Assembly: GCA_035466635.1 (NCBI GenBank)
Contig: DATIUU010000131.1
Span: 1-31,527, forward strand
Length of the DNA: 31,527 bases
Origin: Woeseiaceae bacterium
Lineage (GTDB): Bacteria; Pseudomonadota; Gammaproteobacteria; Steroidobacterales; Woeseiaceae
Direction of reading: 5' to 3'
Shown: positions 27,202 through 31,527 of the stretch, in pieces
Position numbering within the stretch: the stretch's first letter is position 1
Layout of the letters: each line of letters begins with the position of its first letter
The notes under the pieces: generated by a model
What the model was told of the DNA's origin: nothing
The model's database searches: none
What the model saw: the letters and a program-made list of their open reading frames with translations, nothing else
Program-made: the position numbers and the translations under genes

Positions 27202-28419
27202 CTACTGGCCGGCGGCGAACTTGGCGAGATAACCCGTCAACGGGGCGAGATAATTGCCCATGGCGTAGCCGAGCAGCGCCATGAGAATGGACACGGGCAC
27301 GAGGCTCGGCTTGTGGTGCGCGGCGACAATGGGCGCGGAGGCCGCCGCGCCGATATTGGCCGCCGAGGCGATCGCGACGCTGTGCACGTCGACGCGAAAG
27401 ATCCACGCGCCGGCGAGGCAGAACGCGCCGTGGATGAATATCCAGATGAACGCGCCGAGCAGGAACGCCGGCGCCTGGGCCAGCCCGGCGATCTCCGCGC
27501 GTGCACCGATCCCGGCGACGAAAATATAGACCAGCGCCGTCCCCAGAGCCGTCGAATTGGGCAGCCGGGACACGGGGGTCGCCGAAAGCAGCAGCGCGGT
27601 CGTCGTCACCAGCAGGATGCGAGTCGTCGATTCACCGAACACCGGTGCGAGCGGCTCGACCGTCGTGCCAATCCATTGTGATATTCCGGGCGCCAGCGCG
27701 ATGCCCATCCAGGTTATGCCCATGACGACGGCGGCGAGGAACACATACTCCGGCATGGTGGGCGCATGCTCCTCCTCGGCATGGTGTTCGGCCGCAGCTT
27801 CCATGGCGGCCAGTCGTTCGGGAGGCACCCGCGCCCAGGCATTGAAACGGTCCGCAAAGTTGCGCGACATGAGCAGCAGCGGCAGCCAGACGATATAGAC
27901 GGCGTTGTCGGCGATGACCGCGAGCCCGAACAGCTCGCTCGAGGTGCCGAGCATCTCCTTCGTTGCCGCCATATTGGCCGTGCCGCCAATCCAGCTTCCG
28001 GCGAGCGCCACGAACCCCGTCCATGCGTCGTCCGACAACCAGCGATGGACGATCATGTAGGAGATGACGCCGCCGGCCATGACGCCGGCCGTTCCCATCA
28101 GCATGACGAGCACGCCCTTGCCCATGATCCGGATCACCGCGGGCACGTCGACCTTGATCAGCATCAACACGATGAAGGCCGGCAAGGCGTAAGTGCTCAG
28201 GCCACTGTAGACGATGGATTTATTCGGGATAACGGCGCTGCCGCCGATGTTCACGTTGCTGAGGATGACGGGCGTTATGTAGATGAACAGCAGTGGGGGT
28301 ACGTATTGGAAGAACTTCGAGGCCGTCGCCTGCTCGAGATAGAAGAAGAAACCGGCGATAGCACAAAGAACGGCCAGTACACCGATCGGCGATGAAATCA
28401 GGGTCGCGGTTTCATGCAT
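27202..28419 (-). CDS. Multi-pass membrane protein, DUF819-like
   Basis: Hydrophobic throughout; GSWIGGTANM and ASAANIGAAASAPIVAA motifs. Confidence 0.85.
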   Translation of the reverse strand: MHETATLISSPIGVLAVLCAIAGFFFYLEQATASKFFQYVPPLLFIYITPVILSNVNIGGSAVIPNKSIVYSGLSTYALPAFIVLMLIKVDVPAVIRIMGKGVLVMLMGTAGVMAGGVISYMIVHRWLSDDAWTGFVALAGSWIGGTANMAATKEMLGTSSELFGLAVIADNAVYIVWLPLLLMSRNFADRFNAWARVPPERLAAMEAAAEHHAEEEHAPTMPEYVFLAAVVMGITWMGIALAPGISQWIGTTVEPLAPVFGESTTRILLVTTTALLLSATPVSRLPNSTALGTALVYIFVAGIGARAEIAGLAQAPAFLLGAFIWIFIHGAFCLAGAWIFRVDVHSVAIASAANIGAAASAPIVAAHHKPSLVPVSILMALLGYAMGNYLAPLTGYLAKFAAGQ

Positions 28420-28489
28420 ACTGGGCGCGTCCGGCGGCAACAAAGCGCCCGAGTATAAAGCATCGGCAGGCCGCCGACCTCCGGACGGG

Positions 28490-29197
28490 TCAGGTGAAGC
28501 CCAGCTGGGCGGCGTGGTCCCTGCGCGTTGCCTCGTCCGTCAGCGCCGCCGACTTGACGCTCATCCAGACGGCATCCCAGTCCTCGATCCTGCTCGGCCC
28601 GAAGACGAACTTGGCGATGAAGCTCTCGAGCTGGCCGACACGGATGACGTTCGCCGGCGGTGCCGACGTAAATTCGACGGAGCCCGTGAAGATGACGAGG
28701 TTGGCGACGGGCACCTCCGGGACGACCTTCTGCAGGGCGCGGGTGCGGCCTTCGTTCTGGATCAACGGGTTCAGGAAGCGCCGGCGGGTCACGCCGTCGA
28801 CGTTGGTCCATTGCGGCTCGTCCGGCTCACCGAAGACGATACCGTTGTAGTGCTTGGTCTGTATGCAGAGGATGCCGCCTGCCGTCATGATGGCATGGTC
28901 GATCTTCGCGATGCCGCCGTAGGCGCCGGGCAACATGAAATCGTGCAGCACGTCCTTGCTGCGCGCCGCGAGCGCGCGCCGGATGCGGAACTCACCCAGC
29001 CGCGATACGAAATAATGAGCGGCCCGGGTCGCCGCCTTGCGAAAGATCAGCGTCAGGAACAGTGCGCCGCCGATCGTGAACATGAACATGGCGGGACCCA
29101 CGCTCGTGATCCCCGTGGCAACGGTTCTCTCGGCCGCGACCGCGGGTACCGCGATCAGCGGCAGGCCGGTGAGCAACGATCGCAGGATCCTGAGCAT
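28490..29197 (-). CDS. NERD-domain (nuclease-related) protein with N-terminal signal and TM
   Basis: LHDFMLP..G...KIDHAIM...GI.CIQTKHY.G.VFG......W and RFLNPLIQN motifs. Start set to ATG 29197. Confidence 0.85.
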   Translation of the reverse strand: MLRILRSLLTGLPLIAVPAVAAERTVATGITSVGPAMFMFTIGGALFLTLIFRKAATRAAHYFVSRLGEFRIRRALAARSKDVLHDFMLPGAYGGIAKIDHAIMTAGGILCIQTKHYNGIVFGEPDEPQWTNVDGVTRRRFLNPLIQNEGRTRALQKVVPEVPVANLVIFTGSVEFTSAPPANVIRVGQLESFIAKFVFGPSRIEDWDAVWMSVKSAALTDEATRRDHAAQLGFT

Positions 29198-29228
29198 GCG
29201 CGTAGGATAGGCCCGATTCACGGGGAAG

Positions 29229-30059
29229 TTAACGTAATGCGTCACGTTTTTGGCGCATTCCGTCCCCGGGGTAGGCGAGATAATGGCCATCGACCTCGGC
29301 CACCGCGATCGCCGTGCCGTAGACCCGGCTCAGGAGTTCCGGCACCAGTACCGATGCCTTGGGGCCGTCCGCGGCGATCCTGCCGCGGTCCAGGACCACG
29401 ACGCGCCCCACCTCGGGCGGGATCTCGTTCAAGTGATGCGTGACGATGATGATGTTGCAGCCGTCCCTCGCAAGCGCCCGGACGCGCGCCAGGTAATCGA
29501 AGCTCGCCGCGAAGTCGAGCCCCGACGTCGGCTCGTCGAATATCAGCGTATCCGGCCGGTGAACCAGCGCCCGGCCGAGCAGGCAGCGGCGCTGCTGGCC
29601 GGTCGACATCGAGCGCAACGGGGTGTCCGCGAGTTCCGCGACGCCGAGTTCTGCGAGGATGTCGCGAGCGGCAGCGATTTTTTGCTCGCCGATACTCTCC
29701 CGGAGTATGCCGTGAACGCCGATGCTCGCAAGGAACCCCGACAGGACGACCTCGAGGGCAGTCGTCGTCGGCCGGTAACGTTGTTGCAGGTCGTGCGAAA
29801 CGATGCCGATGTGGCGGCGCAGTTCCCAGACGTTGCAGCGCTCGCGGCCGAGAATTCGTACCCACGAACCGTCACGCTGCACGGGATAGAGTTCGCGGTT
29901 GATGACCTTTAGCAGGGTCGTCTTGCCGGACCCGTTCGGGCCGAGGATGGCAACGCGTTCGTGCCGGGCGATCGTCAGCGTCAGGTCGTCGAACACGCGC
30001 GTCTCCCCACGCCAGATCGTCGCGTTGCGGATATCGATGAGTGGCGCTTCTTCGTCCAT
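29229..30059 (-). CDS. ABC transporter ATP-binding protein (ModF/YlmA-like)
   Basis: Walker A GPNGSGKT, signature MSTGQ, Walker B LIFDEP and the H-switch VTHH. Confidence 0.92.
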   Translation of the reverse strand: MDEEAPLIDIRNATIWRGETRVFDDLTLTIARHERVAILGPNGSGKTTLLKVINRELYPVQRDGSWVRILGRERCNVWELRRHIGIVSHDLQQRYRPTTTALEVVLSGFLASIGVHGILRESIGEQKIAAARDILAELGVAELADTPLRSMSTGQQRRCLLGRALVHRPDTLIFDEPTSGLDFAASFDYLARVRALARDGCNIIIVTHHLNEIPPEVGRVVVLDRGRIAADGPKASVLVPELLSRVYGTAIAVAEVDGHYLAYPGDGMRQKRDALR

Positions 30060-30077
30060 CAGCGGCTACCCGAGCGG

Positions 30078-31527
30078 TCAACCCTGCCGCCGCAGGTCCT
30101 GCTCGAGGATGGACTCGAGTTCCCTCGCTGCGTCCTTCGCAGACTGGATCAGCTTCTCCTCCGAATCGCGCAGCTCGAATTGCTCCAGCAGCAGCTTCTC
30201 GTCCGCCTCCCGGAATGTGTCGGATATGTGGCGGGTCTCGGTCTTGCCGAACCCGAGCGATGTCAGCACGCTCTCGCCCATCGCGAGACTCGATAACAGC
30301 GTATCGCGGAAAATACGGTCGACGCCGACGTCCATCAGCTTGTGCGCATGGCGCCGATTGTGGGCGCGGGCGATGATCTTGAGGTTCGGGAACTGGCGCC
30401 TCGCGGTCTCGGCAATGTGCAGCGAGGTCTCCATGTCGGTCGTGGCGAGGACGAGAATTTTCGCCTTGCCGGCGCCGGCGGCGCGCAGCACCTCTGGCCG
30501 CGCTGCATCGCCGAAGTGCACGCTGTTGCCGTAGCGGCGCACGATATCGACCTGCGAGGAATCGATCTCGAGGGCCGTGAACGGCATGTTGATACTCTGC
30601 AACAGGCGCCCGATGATCTGTCCCACGCGGCCGAAGCCCGCAATGATCACCTCGTGATCCTCCTCGTTGATGTCGTCGAACCGCGGCGCCTCCGGTTTGC
30701 CGAGTTTCGCGCCGAATCGTTCGTTGAGCAGGTAAATGAAGGGCGTTAGCAACATCGACACGGCGACCGCGAGTATCAGTTCGTCGATGATGGCGGCCGG
30801 CACGAGCCGCTCCCTGGCAGCGAGGGCGAACAGTACGAATGCGAATTCGCCGCCCTGCGACATGACGGCGGCGAGGCTGAGCGCATTACGCCGGTCGCAC
30901 ATGCCGAACAGTCTCGCGAGAACGATGAGCACCAGCGCTTTCGACACCATGAGCCCGGCGACCAGCAGCATGATCCTGCCGGGCGCGTCCAGCAGCAGGC
31001 TGACGTTGACCGACATGCCGACCGCGATGAAGAACAGTCCGAGCAACAGGCCCTTGAATGGCGCGATATCGGCTTCCAGCTGATGGCGGTACTCGGAATC
31101 GGCCAGCAGCATGCCGGCGATGAATGCGCCCAGCACCATCGACATGCCGGCAAACTCCATGAGCAGCGCCGAGCCGATGACCACGAGCAGCGCGGTGGCC
31201 GTGAACAGCTCCGGGATGCCCGCGGCGGCAACCGTGTAGAGGACGGGCTTCAGCGCCAGGCGGCCGCCGACGATCAATAGCGCCAGGGTGCCGATCATCA
31301 GGGCCATCTCGGCCACGTCGATGCCGCTCTCGGCGCCGGCGCGGGCACCGAGTACCGGCAGCAGGGCGATCAGCGGGATCACGGCGAGGTCCTGCAGCAG
31401 CAGGACCGAAAAGGCGGCGCGGCCGTACTGGGTCGCAAGTTGCTTTTTCTCCGCCAGCATCTGCAGGACGAACGCGGTCGATGACAGCGCCAGGATCAGG
31501 CCGACGACGATCGCCGCCTCCGCCTCG
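30078..31527 (-). CDS. kefC: CPA2 K+/H+ antiporter with KTN domain (KefC/KefB-like), 5' end beyond window
   Basis: LALSSTA, LLQDLAVIP, HQLEADIAPFKGLLLGLFF and QGGEFAFV motifs; Rossmann IIAGFGRVGQ. The frame stays open to the window edge. kefB versus kefC is not resolved. Confidence 0.9.
   Translation of the reverse strand, partial: EAEAAIVVGLILALSSTAFVLQMLAEKKQLATQYGRAAFSVLLLQDLAVIPLIALLPVLGARAGAESGIDVAEMALMIGTLALLIVGGRLALKPVLYTVAAAGIPELFTATALLVVIGSALLMEFAGMSMVLGAFIAGMLLADSEYRHQLEADIAPFKGLLLGLFFIAVGMSVNVSLLLDAPGRIMLLVAGLMVSKALVLIVLARLFGMCDRRNALSLAAVMSQGGEFAFVLFALAARERLVPAAIIDELILAVAVSMLLTPFIYLLNERFGAKLGKPEAPRFDDINEEDHEVIIAGFGRVGQIIGRLLQSINMPFTALEIDSSQVDIVRRYGNSVHFGDAARPEVLRAAGAGKAKILVLATTDMETSLHIAETARRQFPNLKIIARAHNRRHAHKLMDVGVDRIFRDTLLSSLAMGESVLTSLGFGKTETRHISDTFREADEKLLLEQFELRDSEEKLIQSAKDAARELESILEQDLRRQG

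Noticed and set aside
1-31527. CRISPR arrays, IS or transposase, integrase, tRNA and rRNA
   Set aside because: No regularly spaced repeats, terminal inverted repeats, recombinase motifs or cloverleaf/rRNA signatures were seen by eye.

Overview
GC-rich, gene-dense bacterial chromosomal window. It looks like a Gammaproteobacterium, which is an inference from gene style and not a search result. I see no mobile element, CRISPR array, rRNA or tRNA. From left to right: (i) two adjacent minus-strand RND efflux operons, MFP-MFP-RND (running off the left edge) and PadR-MFP-RND, with no outer-membrane factor; (ii) a divergent FAD-linked oxidoreductase under a clear c-di-GMP-I (GEMM) riboswitch; (iii) a PLD/ClsC-like gene and an MltF-like gene; (iv) a Thr/Ser dehydratase, a secreted amidohydrolase, a DUF4097-type beta-repeat protein behind an ECF-type promoter, and a CBS protein; (v) a dienelactone-hydrolase remnant and a TPR + stand-alone TonB-C pair; (vi) folD, tpm, DUF4404 and an IorAB-like molybdoenzyme; (vii) an acyltransferase, an Imm10-like ORF and an unannotated GIY-YIG nuclease that apparently starts with CTG; (viii) an MBL hydrolase, DUF819, a membrane-anchored NERD protein, an orphan ABC ATPase and a partial KefC-like antiporter. 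The best candidates for new biology are the c-di-GMP riboswitch controlling a motif-degenerate ALO-like flavoprotein, the immunity-like/CTG-GIY-YIG coupled pair, and four apparent leaderless genes. All family calls come from motif recognition by eye; no searches were run.
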